Origin: Lama glama
Taxonomy: Eukaryota
Length of the DNA: 64,000 nt
NCBI GenBank assembly: GCA_028534125.1
Contig: CM052818.1
Coordinates: forward strand, 28,088,001 to 28,152,000
Direction: 5' to 3'
The position numbers and the translations under genes are program-made. The notes below the pieces were generated by a model. That model was given only the letters and a program-made list of their open reading frames with translations, searched no databases and was not told the origin of the DNA. Below are positions 27,090 through 39,554 of this stretch, one piece after another (position 1 is the first letter of the stretch; each line of letters opens with the position of its first letter).

Positions 27090-27290
27090 TAATTATTGCA
27101 GCTAATATATACTATGTGTTTTCTATGTCCTAGTTTGCAAAGAACTTTATGTGTATTATCTCATATAGCATTATGAGGAAGTTCTTACTATAGGTGAGGT
27201 AAATCAGGCTTGGAGAAGTGATATGACTTGCCAAAGGCCACAAAACTAACAGCTGTTGGTACTGGGATGGATTCCTGCAGACTGCATGGC
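27090..27290 (-). mobile_element. MIR SINE
   Basis: 'ataggtgaggtaaatcaggcttggagaagtgatatgacttgccaaaggccaca'. Confidence 0.75.
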
Positions 27291-28469
27291 TCTGTCGTGG
27301 AATAAAATATATAATGCCTCTTGAGTATGTCATTGCTGTGGAGTCAAAGACCATGACCCTGGAACCCAAGTATACTTAGTTCTTTGTATGTTACCAAGTG
27401 GCTGCTAAAGTCACAACAGTCAGCTGGGTGATGAACTGAAAACTCCAACAGTACTTTTCTGTTTCTCATCAGAATTTCAAATGTTTATGTTTATTTTTGT
27501 CAAAATAATTTTATAAATTGTTTTTATTCTTAAGTGAGTAAAATTCTTACTGAAATATGTGCCAACATTTGTTTTAATAATTTTATTTCCTATTCCTGTA
27601 TTCTTTAAGTATTTTAAAGCATCTCCTTGGCTTAATCATAGTCTAGATACTAAAAATACAAAGTAAATATATTACACATGGATTTTAACTTTTATAGTTG
27701 TGTAAGTAAAAATACCATACAATAAAATTAAAGCTATATAATTTTTTAAAAAATTGTAGTGCTCTAAGTGAGCATAAAATTTTTCAATTTTTAGTTTATT
27801 AAAAATTTCAATGTCAAAATCACTTATTAAAGTACAAATTTTAAATGGCTATGGCATACTTTTTAAAAAAGGAAGTACATCTTTACATTGATAATCAGGA
27901 TATATTAGAATTGAATTAAGTCAGTCTGCTGCTTCACTAAATATTCTAACTCCAGGAGAATCATTGATTTACTATTAGAAACATTGCATCCTTAATGTTG
28001 CATATTGGATTGCTGAAATCTAAAGAATAAGAAGGAAGGGAAGAATAAGAAGTAATAGAGGAGCAGAAGAAAAATGGATAAGGTTTTGATAGATATATCC
28101 AGTTTTCTCCTAAGTATTTGTAACATCCTGACCAATAGCTATCTATTACAGACTATCTGTGTACCTTTTCATTTCTCTTAAAAGGGAATAATCTCTTTGA
28201 AGTTCTATTTTATTTCAAGTATACATCTTTTATGGTATTTCTTAGAGTCAGGTTCATGTTATAATTATCTGCGCCCCTGTTTCGTTTATTTTCCTTGACT
28301 GTGTGTACTTTGGCACCAGACATGTTTTTGCATAATTAAATTTATGTTTAATATGTGGTATATTCCAATAAGTAGTTTTTCCATTAAGTTCACCTAATGG
28401 AGTTTATCAAAGTCTATTAGAATAATCAAAATGTCATAAAAGTAAATTTTTTAGAGTAAACTTCATGTA

Positions 28470-28718
28470 AAATTCAGTAAGGACCTGAAGTCTCCCTCAT
28501 GAGTGAGCCTGAGAGTAAATTCTCCCCCAGCCAGCCTTGAGATGACTGTAGCCCCAGCTGGTAGTTTGGTTGCAGCCTTGTGAGGGATGCTGAGCTGGAG
28601 GCATCCAGCTAAGCCACGCCCCAATTCATGGTCCACAAAAATTGTGACATAGAGAATGTTTGTTGTTTTAAAATACTGAATGTTGGAGTAATTTGTCACA
28701 GCAAGAGGTTACGAATAC
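28470..28718 (+). mobile_element. MaLR LTR 3' part (MLT1E/F-like)
   Basis: 'gccttgagatgactgtagccccagctg...gcagccttgtgag...ccagctaagccac...tgttgttttaaaatactgaa'. Confidence 0.85.
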
Positions 28719-28969
28719 TTAATTATATTTCATTGTTACTGTATTATGGTGTATATTATACATTAAATTATGTTTTATTGTATGAAATTGGAGCTAGCAT
28801 GTAGAAGAGATATTTTGCCTGGAAAGAAACCCTTAAATCTGGTTTTAGCAGGAAATTGGTTAGGATGAAAACAGAGAGGATAGGAGAAATAAATACTGCT
28901 GAAGTCCAGAAAGAGTAGAACTTATCCTTCCTGTAAGTGGTTAAGAGACAAAATAATAGTGGTGACAAT

Positions 28970-29150
28970 TACGTGCTTAAGAACATGGGTTCTGGTGTCA
29001 GAATTTTTATATCAAAACACAGATTAACCACTTGCTAGTTGTCTGATCAGACCAAATATTTCCCATTGTCCTATAACACAGTTTGCTCATCTGGAAAATA
29101 AGCAATATTAACTGTACTTATTTCATTGAGTTGTTTTGAGATTTTAATAA
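28970..29150 (+). mobile_element. MIR SINE
   Basis: 'gtgcttaagaacatgggttctggtgtcaga...cagtttgctcatctggaaaat'. Confidence 0.65.
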
Positions 29151-29154
29151 GGTG

Positions 29155-29464
29155 CAGTTCCCACAGGGTGAGGAAAAAAGGACTGGATGGCACCTGAACA
29201 TGAAATGGGTTGCATTTTGATAGAGAAACCAAGTTTGTACTGGACAGTAAGCAAACTTGCCCTTTGTCCCAGAGGGAAACATTATTTTTATTATACTGAG
29301 CAGTAAACAAACCTGTTCTGGCTGTGAAGCACATATAATATCTCCCAAAGCTTACTTGCTATACAAACATCCTTGGAAAAGTAATCTTGACCAAAAGGGC
29401 AGATAGCACCTTTGTTTACAAACCATGCAGAAATGTGAGAGCCATGGAGAATTGTATCCCAGCA
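29155..29464 (-). mobile_element. LTR40-like ERVL LTR, 5' part
   Basis: Reverse complement starts 'tgctgggatacaattctccatggctctcacatttctgca...ttttccaaggatgtttgtatagcaa', the LTR40 start. The left boundary is approximate. Confidence 0.8.
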
Positions 29465-30526
29465 TCAGGGCTCTGAAAATACACATATAAGACTGGCATA
29501 CAGATTTCAAATAATTATAATTTGACAGTACATTGTACTGGTCACATCAATTGTATTATTTTTTTTCAATTTTGTGTACCACATTCTGAAGCACATATGA
29601 AAAAGTTATAAAATGTCTACCCAAACATTTAAGAGAATGCCAAATGTGGGGGGAGAACAACTTAACTTGAGAAATAGCTGAACTACAAACTACATAAAAA
29701 TATAATAATAATTAAAAAAACAAAAATCAAACTCCTGTCCTTTAGAGAAGGTAGAAGTTAGCTCCTCTCCACCCCTTCCAGTTTTCATCCTCACTACTGC
29801 CAATCAGAACTTCAAACTAAAAGTTCTCTTTCTGTGAACATGGTCTCAGAATCACTTGAACTTGAATCAGAATGTTTAGGAAATCTGTAATTTTTCAAAC
29901 ACTTTAGCATGGTTGCATAAAATATACTTGCCTCCCCATAAGACCTAAAAGAAATCACTGTTTTGGAAAACAAAAGTAATCATGAATTAAGGCCATTCCA
30001 AATCTGACGACATCTGAAGTGAGAGGAAAATAAATCCTATTAGTATAATGTGAAAACTCCATGAAACTAATGGCAATAAAAGTGTAGCTTAGAAATAAAT
30101 AGGGAGGAAAAATACCAGGAAATATTAGAGAATCATATTTATTAACACAGGAAGGAATTATTTCAGAGATTCTATTATGAGGAGGACTTCCATTGAATCA
30201 CACTCATGGACCTTGTGTCGTGGTTTTAATTCTTACATATGTGGAAAATGCTGACATGGAAGAGAATTCTCAACTAGGCCTTGAAATTTTCTTAACTTGT
30301 GAGTATTCAGCAAAAGCATCCATAAATAAATCCATAAATAAAAGGCAAGTGGTATAGATTTTTATGGCATCAACTGAATGTCTAAAATATATAGTGCATT
30401 GTTTGGAACTAGGGGGAAGAAATATAGAATAATATGAAGATATGATTTAACTGAAAAATTATTATTTCAATCATGAGTGTGTGATAGTGCATCACCTGTG
30501 AAACACTGATAGAATATTTTGGTCAA

Positions 30527-30549
30527 ACACACACACACACACACACACA
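30527..30549 (+). repeat. (CA)n microsatellite
   Basis: Directly visible. Confidence 0.95.
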
Positions 30550-30707
30550 TGTTTGCAAATCAGTATAGACAAAACTCTTGTCATGTAAAAAATTCTAGGT
30601 GAAACAATATATAGAAAATAAAGATACCTGTAAAGTAATTTTATCACAAGTTTCCAAGACAATGACATCGTGAAAATGAGCTTCAGGTGTCAGGAAAAAG
30701 TTTAGAA

Positions 30708-30893
30708 CAGTTTTTCAACTTCTACTGCACCTTGGAATCACTCGAGGGAGTTTTACAAATACTGATGCCTTAATGAAACCCCCAGGGATTCTGATATAAT
30801 TGGTCAGATCCGTAGCCTAGGCATTAAAAATTTTTAATACTCCCCATACCTGAGGAATATTTACTAGTGCAAGGCCAAAGTTGAGGACCATTA
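30708..30893. mobile_element. MER5-type hAT-Charlie MITE
   Basis: 'ctgcaccttggaatcact...aaatactgatgcct...gattctgatataattggtc...aaagttgaggacca'; flanks tttagaa / cttagaa. Confidence 0.85.
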
Positions 30894-32130
30894 CTTAGAA
30901 CTAGATAGAGTAGGAACCATTTATAGAGAGTGATATGAGGAGTGTTAAAAAGCATACTTGTCCCAGGAGTTCTCCCTATCAGGCAGTAGAACCTCTCCCA
31001 GGAGAAGATGCTAAGTTTTTGGAAAATCTTTGTTGAAATGCAAGTACTTTCAAGAGGAATAACAATTTAAGTGGTTTAAAACCTGGGAAATAGTTAATAT
31101 CAGTAAATTTTATCATTACTATCAGGGCTGACAATTAGCTGGTATACACCATTAACATCACAGGTTCCCGTCCACTGGATACTGGTTCTTTATATGCTGT
31201 CATATATACTATGTACAATATGCATACTGGTAAGTCCCTGTGCCCAATATAGGTCTTTAAATGACTTGAAAATCACCAGCTATTAGCACCACTCAATAAT
31301 ACTTGTCATGAAATAACTTCCCATTTAGCAATTGCTAAAGCAGATTAGAGGACATTCAAACCATCAAAGAAACGAGGTTAGTAGAAAGATGAGATGGCTT
31401 AGGCAGAAAACCATGGAGCATTCTCGGTCTTCTGGGAATGGCAATGGATTTCAGTGATCCAGTAGAAGACTCTCAGGTTTCACTGGAAAGGCTTATAGTC
31501 ACAAGGGCAAGTAAACAAGGGAACTATGGAAGAAAAGTGGCTAACAGGGCAATTCAACATGGGCCTGCTGTAGCTAGAGTTAGACATAATGATTTTAAAT
31601 GTCTTGCCTAGATTGCTGTGATGTCTGTGTTCGTACTGTAGCTACCAAATGCAATATATTGCTGCTAAGAATATAGAGGATATTTGTGTTAGCAATTTGA
31701 GTTTCTAATCTCCCAGCATTGTGAATTTAAGTATTTTTATTATAATTTCTTAATGAACATTGATTATAGTTATTATAATTTTAAAACTTTATTACATTTC
31801 AAAAGGTAAGTATCACAAAGGGATTTATTGAATTTTATATCATATTTCCCTATATATATATACTCCAAATGTATTCTGATTTTTTTTCTTAATATTAGAC
31901 TCTAACCCAGTTCAAAGAACTATACACAAAGATAGTGGCCCAACTAAAAGGAATGTATAATGTTTACTTAAATCATTTGCTTAATAAGACTGGTATTCAT
32001 AGAGAAAACCTTAAGGGTAATTTTTGGATGCATATATAATAATTATATGTGATCTATATTTATATAGCAAATACACATAAGCTTTGCTATTTAAAAATTT
32101 CTTGTCTGTATATTCATGCTTTTTCTCAAA

Positions 32131-32254
32131 TTAAACTTTTTATTATGAGATGATTGTAAATTTATATGTAATTATAACAAGTAATGCAGAGAGATTCCAT
32201 GCACCTTTCACCCACTATCCCCCAATGGTGATAACTTGCAAATCTTTAGTGTAG
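32131..32254 (-). mobile_element. L1MC1/2-like extreme 3' end (piece A)
   Basis: 'aaactttttattatgagatgattgtaaatt...gcagagagattccatgcacctttcaccc...ccccaatggtgataacttgcaaa'. Confidence 0.85.
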
Positions 32255-33396
32255 AAGATCTATTCATGAGGAGGCTATTATGATAGCTTGAAATCAAAAG
32301 TACCCCCAACCAAGCACATGGCTGTTTTACCCCATGCGAAGTTTTCTGAGAGCTTGAGCGATACAACAATCTGGAAGGCAGGTTCTAAAAGACACAAAAT
32401 TTCCCTCTGTCTCATGGCACCTGAAAGAGAGAATCTGAGAATCTGGCTGAAGGGAGGGCTATACAACAAACACATGACCTATTTTGCACTCCAGATTACT
32501 GGAAATTATGTGGACAGAGGCTAACTGTATTTTCAACTCAGCCTCAAGACAGTTTAGTGCTATAGTAAATGTTTTAATTACATCTTTAAATATGTAAAAA
32601 CAGTGCATTTACAGATTTGTTTATATAAATATCTGTATGTAAAAAGAACTTACGAAACTTGGAAGATATGATCACTTAAATCAATGCTCTTTGCTGTTTG
32701 TTGTTCATTTTCCTCCATTTTTATAATAAGCAAATTTTCTGTTTCTCTTAATTTGAATTTAAAGTGTCATATATACTTGGGCAGATACTTTCCCACAGGT
32801 TTATCCAAAGAATATTTTAATCTCCCAGTGTTTCCCTAAGGGTACATTCTCTATAACACTCATATGATGTTATTTTTCATTATCCAGTAAATCTTAGCTC
32901 CTCAAATTAAGTAATACTTTTTCATGTGAGTGAAAAGCTAGTCCTTTCCTTCTGTCTTCTCTGCTCCTTCTCTAGCTAATCTATTACCGCTGTTGAAGCA
33001 GGTGCTTGGCAAGGTGGGGAGAAATACTGATCTATCATGTTAGCTTCTCCACCTTATGATTTGGTTTCAGAAATGTGTTGACTGAAACTGACTTTGAGTC
33101 AAGTAGGAAACTTGGTGATTTATCTTAAATAATATTGATATAAATCAATTTTGCTGAATTGTCTTCCAGATATAGCTGATTATTAATATCTTTATATTAA
33201 TGTTATTAGCAACAAAAAGAACAATGTTATTGAGGAATTTTGAAGTGACTCGTGACCTGTGAAAGAGAAACCATAAAGGAATGAAGTTCATATACTATCA
33301 CAAAGAGCTTACCCTGAGACACTTTTTAATTTTAAGAAATTAACCAAAATTCCTTCAATTTATTTTATTTTAGAGTCTTCTGAGAAATGTGTACTG

Positions 33397-33792
33397 TGTA
33401 AAAATTAATAAACGGCAGTCTCAATTGAAAAATAGTTGGGAGGCCAGAAGAGGGAGTGCTCATGCCCTACAATAGGAATAGAGCCCAACAGGAAGAAGAA
33501 AGATTTCCTCTTCTTGCCTGGCAAGGGCTCAGCCAATGAAAGACTGTCACAGCTCAACCAACGAAAAGCCACTGTATTTCCAACTCTCAGTTCCTCTAAT
33601 GGACTCTTTGTTTACTCTAACTGTCCCAACTTCCTTTACCCCTCTTTAAAAGAGTTCTCTCCCTATTGCATGGGGCTCACATACAGCTTGCCATGGTTGC
33701 ACAACCCAAATTGCAATTCCTTGCAGATCCCAAATAAACCCATTTTATTTTGCTGGAGAGATAACTGGCAGTCCATTTGTTTAAGGTCAACT
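33397..33792 (+). mobile_element. ERV1-type solo LTR
   Basis: Starts TGTAAAAA and ends 'ggtcaact'. Has CCAAT-like motifs, a 'tttaaaa' TATA-like box, AATAAA near 33733, and a 4-bp TSD ACTG (33393-33396 / 33793-33796). Confidence 0.85.
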
Positions 33793-36157
33793 ACTGTGAC
33801 ATCCAAGTAACTAGATCTAATTTTCATTAATAATGGCAATCAAAGGATGAATAACATATAAATGTCACCTCCTGAGAGAAAATTTCTTGAACTAATCTAA
33901 ATTAGATATTTTTATTTTACTCCTCACAGCAACCTAGTGTTGCCATCATAGTAATCATACTTTCTAAGTCTCTGTCTGTTTGTTGATGTTATTTGTCTTT
34001 AGATTAAAATATTAATATTATTCACATTTTACAAATGATGAAGTAGTTGGCTCAATACATTAAATTTATTGACGACAGTTTGTAAGTGGCAGATGCAAAA
34101 TTCAAACCCTTACCTCTCTGACTGAATACAGCTTTCAACTACTTTATTGTTTCATATTCCACGTCAAACATTCTTTGCATGTAACCAGAGGATGTGCATA
34201 AATTTGGACCATGAAAGCACATTTATTTTGCTGTTTTTCTGTGCTTGTGTATACGTGATGATGTCTATATAGATTAAAGCATAATTATATTAAATTAGGA
34301 AAAGTTGACTAACAAACGTGACATGAATAAGAAATGTTTAAAAACTATAAAAGTAGAACAATGATAAGTTCTAGCAATAGTATTGCAAGTTATAACTTGA
34401 ATATACTCAAATCTACTTCCTTCCAATAAAGAAGGTATAATAGTCCAACAGTTCAGCTATCTTTTCTAACAAATCTCGTAAAAAATAATTACAGTGATTT
34501 AGCAATGATTTGACTATTTTAGACAGAAAAAGGATTGCCGATACTTGCTCACTTAATTATTTTAAATGTAAAGGAATACAACAGATACAACAGTAATTTT
34601 AAAGATAGCAAAATAAGTTATTTCAAAAATTGGGGGTAATTATCTCAGTTATGGCAGACATGGTAATATCTATTGAGTTCTTTTTCCAACTCACTTTGAT
34701 GGTCTTTTTTTTTTTATTATTCTATTTTGTTTCATAAAACTCTGAATGAGATATTTTTATCCTCCAAATACAGTGATGGAATTTAATATTTTCCTTAATT
34801 TTTAGAAAATGTCCCAGCCAATCTAGTTATTATACAATTCATATTAGATAATTTTAAACCATGTCTCAATGTTTTTCTCCTTAAAATTACTTTTAAATTG
34901 TTTCTTAATATTAAATGCATATATTAATACAAAATTTCACTACTTATTATGACTTTTTAAAGAAGGAATATTTGATAACATAATTATGGAGCCCAGTATT
35001 TCTCAAGGCTAATTTAGCCCACAGGTGTTCTCAATTTTCAGTTATTCAGATTTTTTTCAAAACATTTTAGCCTATTAAAGTTGTTCATTTTCTCAAATTT
35101 TATATTTAACTCCTTAATGTACCTGTGCTTATGTTAATAGGTAGTATTTGAAAGCCTCTCCAAGTCCCTCACTTTTGCATTTGGGTAATCTGGGGGTACT
35201 TTGTTATTTAGAATTATGCAATTCTTCTTTCACCAATTTCTTTTGATTCTCCATCATTAAAACTAAGACAAAGCATTTCATTAGCCATCAATAGCTTTCA
35301 TTTTACAGTATTTTAAAAGGAAAGTAAAGGTGAGGTAAAGTCAGCATAGGATAGCAGTCTCTTGATGAAAACAAATTGCATTTGAGATAAAAGCAAATGG
35401 ACAGTATAGCAGTCATACCTCAAATCATATACATTCAGGGCAAGGAAATGCATTTCTGAATAGCATTTGAGTAAATGCATACATTTTGTTTCCATTCTGT
35501 AGAACATCTTATTAGAGATATTTCATAAATGAGAAACCTAAAAGTAGAAAACAGGTAGTAAAGGGTTTGCCATAGAAGAAGTAGCATTCTTCCTCAGTCA
35601 TTCTTCCACAGTCTTAACCTTCGGAAAAGATTAAATGTGATGAAAGATAGCCATTAGCTCTAGAGCCACTTTTCAGCTGGTGACATATTCAAAAATGGAA
35701 GGAAACTGAGACCCATAATAATGATTGAAGGCATATTCTTTGGCATAAAGACAGTAGACTATATAAATCTGTTGAAAATAGGGAGTGTGAAGCGAGCGCA
35801 GAGAAGAGAAGGGTAGGTGACGGTTTCAATTTCGGAGTAGCTATGTCTGAATAACTATGAAGAGACCCATTAGGCCACGTGGTGAACAGTCAAGGCCTCA
35901 GAAGAAAGGATCTAGATAAAGGTGTAGTTATGAAAATGTTCAGAATGCAGTGTTAAAGCTATAGGTAAGGAGGTTAACATTCATAGTGCACGTGGTACAA
36001 AAGGAGCACATCAAATATAATAATTTACGACATACCAATATGTTATTGCAAGCCAAGGAAAAGAACAAAGTATATAACATAATATTTGATTCAACTTTGT
36101 CTTCATTTATGGTGTAAAGGCAAATGTTATCATAAGAAGTACAATGGAAAAATAGTG

Positions 36158-36256
36158 TGACAAAATTACAGACGTCAAGGACAAATCAGTTAATGCCAGG
36201 GGTTGAGGACAGAGAGATGGACTGGACAAAAGTAGAAGTGGTTATAAAAGAGCAGC
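36158..36256 (+). mobile_element. L1MC1/2-like 3' UTR fragment (piece C)
   Basis: 'tgacaaaattacag...tgccaggggttgagg...gtggttataaaagagcagc'. Confidence 0.8.
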
Positions 36257-36809
36257 TGAAACTGAGCAGGACTCTCTGGGGCCCTCCAGGTACAAACCCT
36301 ATCCTTGTTCTTTGTTTCTTGTTTGTAAGAAGTAGGCTTCCTTTGGCCTCCTAGACCTTCCCTGATTTCCAAAGGGCAAATTCAAACAGTTCCTAATTAG
36401 GGATGAGAGGAAATGCAGAAACAAAGGAGAAGCAGTCAAAAAACAGTAAAGCAGCAATAAAGCCGGGTCCTGGTTCCCCCCCAAGGGATATGCATAACAG
36501 TATCTTTGAGCTCTTCTGCAGGAAGTAAGGCCCCCACCCAGGTGGAGGATGGCGACTGCAGGCTGAGCAGAAGATTCCTAGAACGCTGCCTTATTACTTC
36601 ACCACCGTCAATCAGAATAAAGTCACACACCCTGCAGCCCTCAAGCCAAATTTTGCCTTTTAAAAACTTCTCCCTGAAAACCATTGAGGAGTTCAGAATT
36701 CTTGAGCACAAGGCACCAGTTCCCCTTGCTTGGCCCTGCAAGAAACCTTTCTCTGCTCCAAACTCTGGCCTCACTGTGCATAGGGCACAGGAACTTGCCT
36801 TAGGTAACA
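36257..36809 (+). mobile_element. ERV1-type solo LTR (cetartiodactyl-like)
   Basis: TG...CA ends ('tgaaactgagcaggac' ... 'ggtaaca'), TATA-like 'cctttaaaaac'. The flanks cagc / tagt are not a clean TSD. Confidence 0.85.
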
Positions 36810-36846
36810 TAGTGTAGTACTATATTACAACCAAGAAACTGACAGT

Positions 36847-37307
36847 TGTTACGGAAACGACGGGCCAGTCAAGAAACAAGCACCACCCGGAGGGCTGGAG
36901 TACTCAGATGTATTACGCCGGCGGGCTCAGAGGGGCTTCTGCTCCGAAGCTCTGAGCACCTTCAAGACATGCGCATGAGGTTTTATAGGGTAAAGTACAA
37001 GCTTGGGGTATTCGGCCAATAGGCATGGAACAGCTTTAGCAGCATCATCATCACAAAAGTGGAGGCGGGGAGGCAGCAAACCCACATTCCAAAGTCAGAT
37101 ATGTATCTTTGAAAATCCAGCTGCCTAGCAAAAAACAGAAACAGCAAACCAACACCAATTAACTTAGATTTACAAGTTAGTCCAGCAGAACTCAGATCAG
37201 TATTCCAATACTTAGATTTGTGAGTTATCTTGTTAGACCAGCCCAGCCTCTCCTTCACATTCCTAGACTTATGAGTTATGTCAGACCAGCCTGGTTTTTC
37301 CTTCACA
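36847..37307 (-). mobile_element. Young ERV1-type solo LTR
   Basis: TG...CA ends, perfect 4-bp TSD CAGT (36843-36846 / 37308-37311), many retained CpGs, TATAAAA on the minus strand near 36982-36988. Confidence 0.92.
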
Positions 37308-37319
37308 CAGTGACATAAT

Positions 37320-37322
<3 letters not shown>

Positions 37323-37393
<71 letters not shown>

Positions 37394-37416
37394 TGTGCCT
37401 GCCTGCCTGCCTGCCT
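37323..37416 (+). repeat. Long (GT)n plus (GCCT)n compound microsatellite
   Basis: About 35 uninterrupted GT units, then gcct repeats; explains the CVCV ORFs. Confidence 0.98.
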
Positions 37417-37708
37417 GTAGTTCAGTGCAATGTTACCACATATGTAAGTTCATCTATTCATTACCAGGATCGAGTTTTAAAACAGTTCCATCTCCCCAAG
37501 GTGATGGAATTTCCTCCAATATATACTTTCTGCCATGACCAACCCCAAATCTCATCCCATTACTGAGACTAAGCAAAAGACCTCAAAGAAGAGATTGGTT
37601 GTCAGTCTAAGCTCAGTGAACAGTTATTCTTTCTACAGAATTTTCATTCATCTAGCCATTTTTTTTTCCCACAGCTGTCTGATGTCTTTGAAGGGGAGCA
37701 GAATTTGC

Positions 37709-38761
37709 TGTTGCTGGAAAATCAGCCTCTGAACCCCAATAGCCAAATTGAGAGTCAGAGGCAGAGTTCAAGGAGGATAGAAAAGAACAGCTTTACTGCT
37801 CTGCCAGGCAAAAGGGTCTTGAGGTTTTATGGAAAAAAAATGGATGGAATTGTTCCTGGTGGATCCAACTAGTGTTCCAGGTTCTTGTCCCATCCCAGAA
37901 AGAATTCAGAGACGAGATGCAGAGGTTAAGAGAAGTAAAGTGAAGATTTATTAAAGTGAGGATCTCTCTCTAGGGGAGAGTGGGCAGGCTCAGATGAGTG
38001 GCTGCCCTGAGTTTCTTTGGCAAGTTAGTTACATAGGGTGCAAAAGGAATGGGTGGAATATTCATTGAGGAGGGAAGGGCTTGGGGTCGCATTTCCTGAT
38101 TATCACCCCAACTCCACCTTCCCAAAGAGAGGAGGGATTTTTATCCTTATTTTGTCTGGATCAGAAGTGTCATGGTGTCGGTGCATGATGGGTACTTCTG
38201 ACCTGTAAGGCTAATTTTATTGAAATGAGGGCATAATGATCAAAAGGTTACATTCAGGCACTGGAAATTCCTGCCTTTTCTGACCTTTCTTTGTTGGTCT
38301 CCAGGCCAAAAGGTGTGGCCCCTATCAGCCCAAAGATTCCTGCTTTTCTTTCTCTGCCGAGGGACCCCTGGGCATTTGTATGTTTCCTGCATTTGGCTTG
38401 TGCCCCTCCTTTTTGCCCAACTCCTGTTATTTGGTCTATGTCCCCCTTTGCTCATATCTAGCTGTCTGCCTGCTCTAACAAAATGGGAAGGTGATAAACA
38501 ATCAGGGCATTTTACAGGGTGTTGCATTCTTTTCATCTTGATAAGAACTTGTTGTTGTTGTTATGAAGGAATTTAGAAGGATCTGCCCATTTTCTTGAGG
38601 TTCAGTCCATGACCTTCTTTCAAGACCTCTAGGGTTAAAGGATAAGTTATTCTAAGAAAAGAATTCACAGGGAGGGGAGCCTGTTAGTTATAAGATCAAT
38701 TTAGCTAAAAGTACAGTCCTGAACAACTCAATAGCCATCTAATTAGTTTTCTACTCTTTCA
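37709..38761 (-). mobile_element. ERV1-type LTR nested in the MER34A-like LTR
   Basis: TG...CA ends with perfect TSD TTGC (37705-37708 / 38762-38765). Confidence 0.85.
37851..38480 (-). mobile_element. ERV1-type LTR nested at the third level
   Basis: 'tgttcctggtggatcc' ... 'ctgcctgctctaaca'; TTTATT (minus-strand poly(A) signal) near 37947; flanks gaat / aaat. Confidence 0.85.
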
Positions 38762-39554
38762 TTGCCACTTAAAAATATGCCTCTTTGGCTTTGGCATAAG
38801 GCTTTTTGGGGGCTGGTTATTTCTAAGAACCCACAGGCACGGGAATAGCTCTGAAAACCCAGTAGACGTTCATTTTTTTCTAAGAGACATTTACATTTAT
38901 AAACGAATCTCCGTTCGTAAAGATGTTTTCCTCTCTGTACCAGGAAAAGGATGATGACTAAAACTATAGAAACTCTTCACTAGTGAAGAAGGCATGGACT
39001 AAAATCTGCATAACAAGCACACTCTTATTTACTGCGCGTTTCCTGAGAACCTCCCATTGCTGACTCTTCACAGCCACTACCACCCTTTCCCCTAGTATCT
39101 CCTTTTATCCTTCACTTGCAATGATGACAAAGGTGGTTTGTTGGGACATTTCAGGAGGAAGCTGCTCAGTTGTCCTGGATATCTCCCATGTATACAGGAG
39201 GTAGATATACATGTTACTGAATTTCTGTTTGTTTTTCTTCTGTTAATTTGTCTTACATTACTAGGGGTTGGGGGTGGTCTTAGCCAAGAAACTAGAAAGG
39301 TAGAGTAGAAATTATTTTTCCTCCCCTACAAAATATGACTTTTATAATTTACCAGAGTATTTCTATTTACTGTGAAAAGAGTGATGCCCTTTCCCTATTT
39401 ATTACACACTGCCCTGAGGTGGGTGTACTATTTTATCTCCTGGTAACGTAACCATAGATTTGTATTTGCTAATAGTTGTTAAGTTTAGTAGATTTTAGAT
39501 GAAATATATGTGTATATGAAATCCATGCATGTTTAAGAAGGAATATTATATATA

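Larger units (their letters stand above)
36810..37501 (-). mobile_element. L1MC2-like 3' UTR (piece B), interrupted by an LTR and an expanded (GT)n
   Basis: 'tagtactatattacaaccaagaaactgaca' [LTR] ... 'tagttcagtgcaatgttaccacatatgt...acagttccatctccccaagg'. Confidence 0.8.
37689..39330 (+). mobile_element. MER34A-like ERV1 LTR, split by nested LTRs
   Basis: Start 'tgaaggggagcagaatttgc' resumes at 38762 as 'ttgccacttaaaaatatgcctctttgg..cataagg'; ends 'attatttttcctcccctaca'. Confidence 0.85.

Noticed and set aside
37323..37566. CVCVCV ORFs
   Set aside because: Translation of a (GT)n microsatellite.
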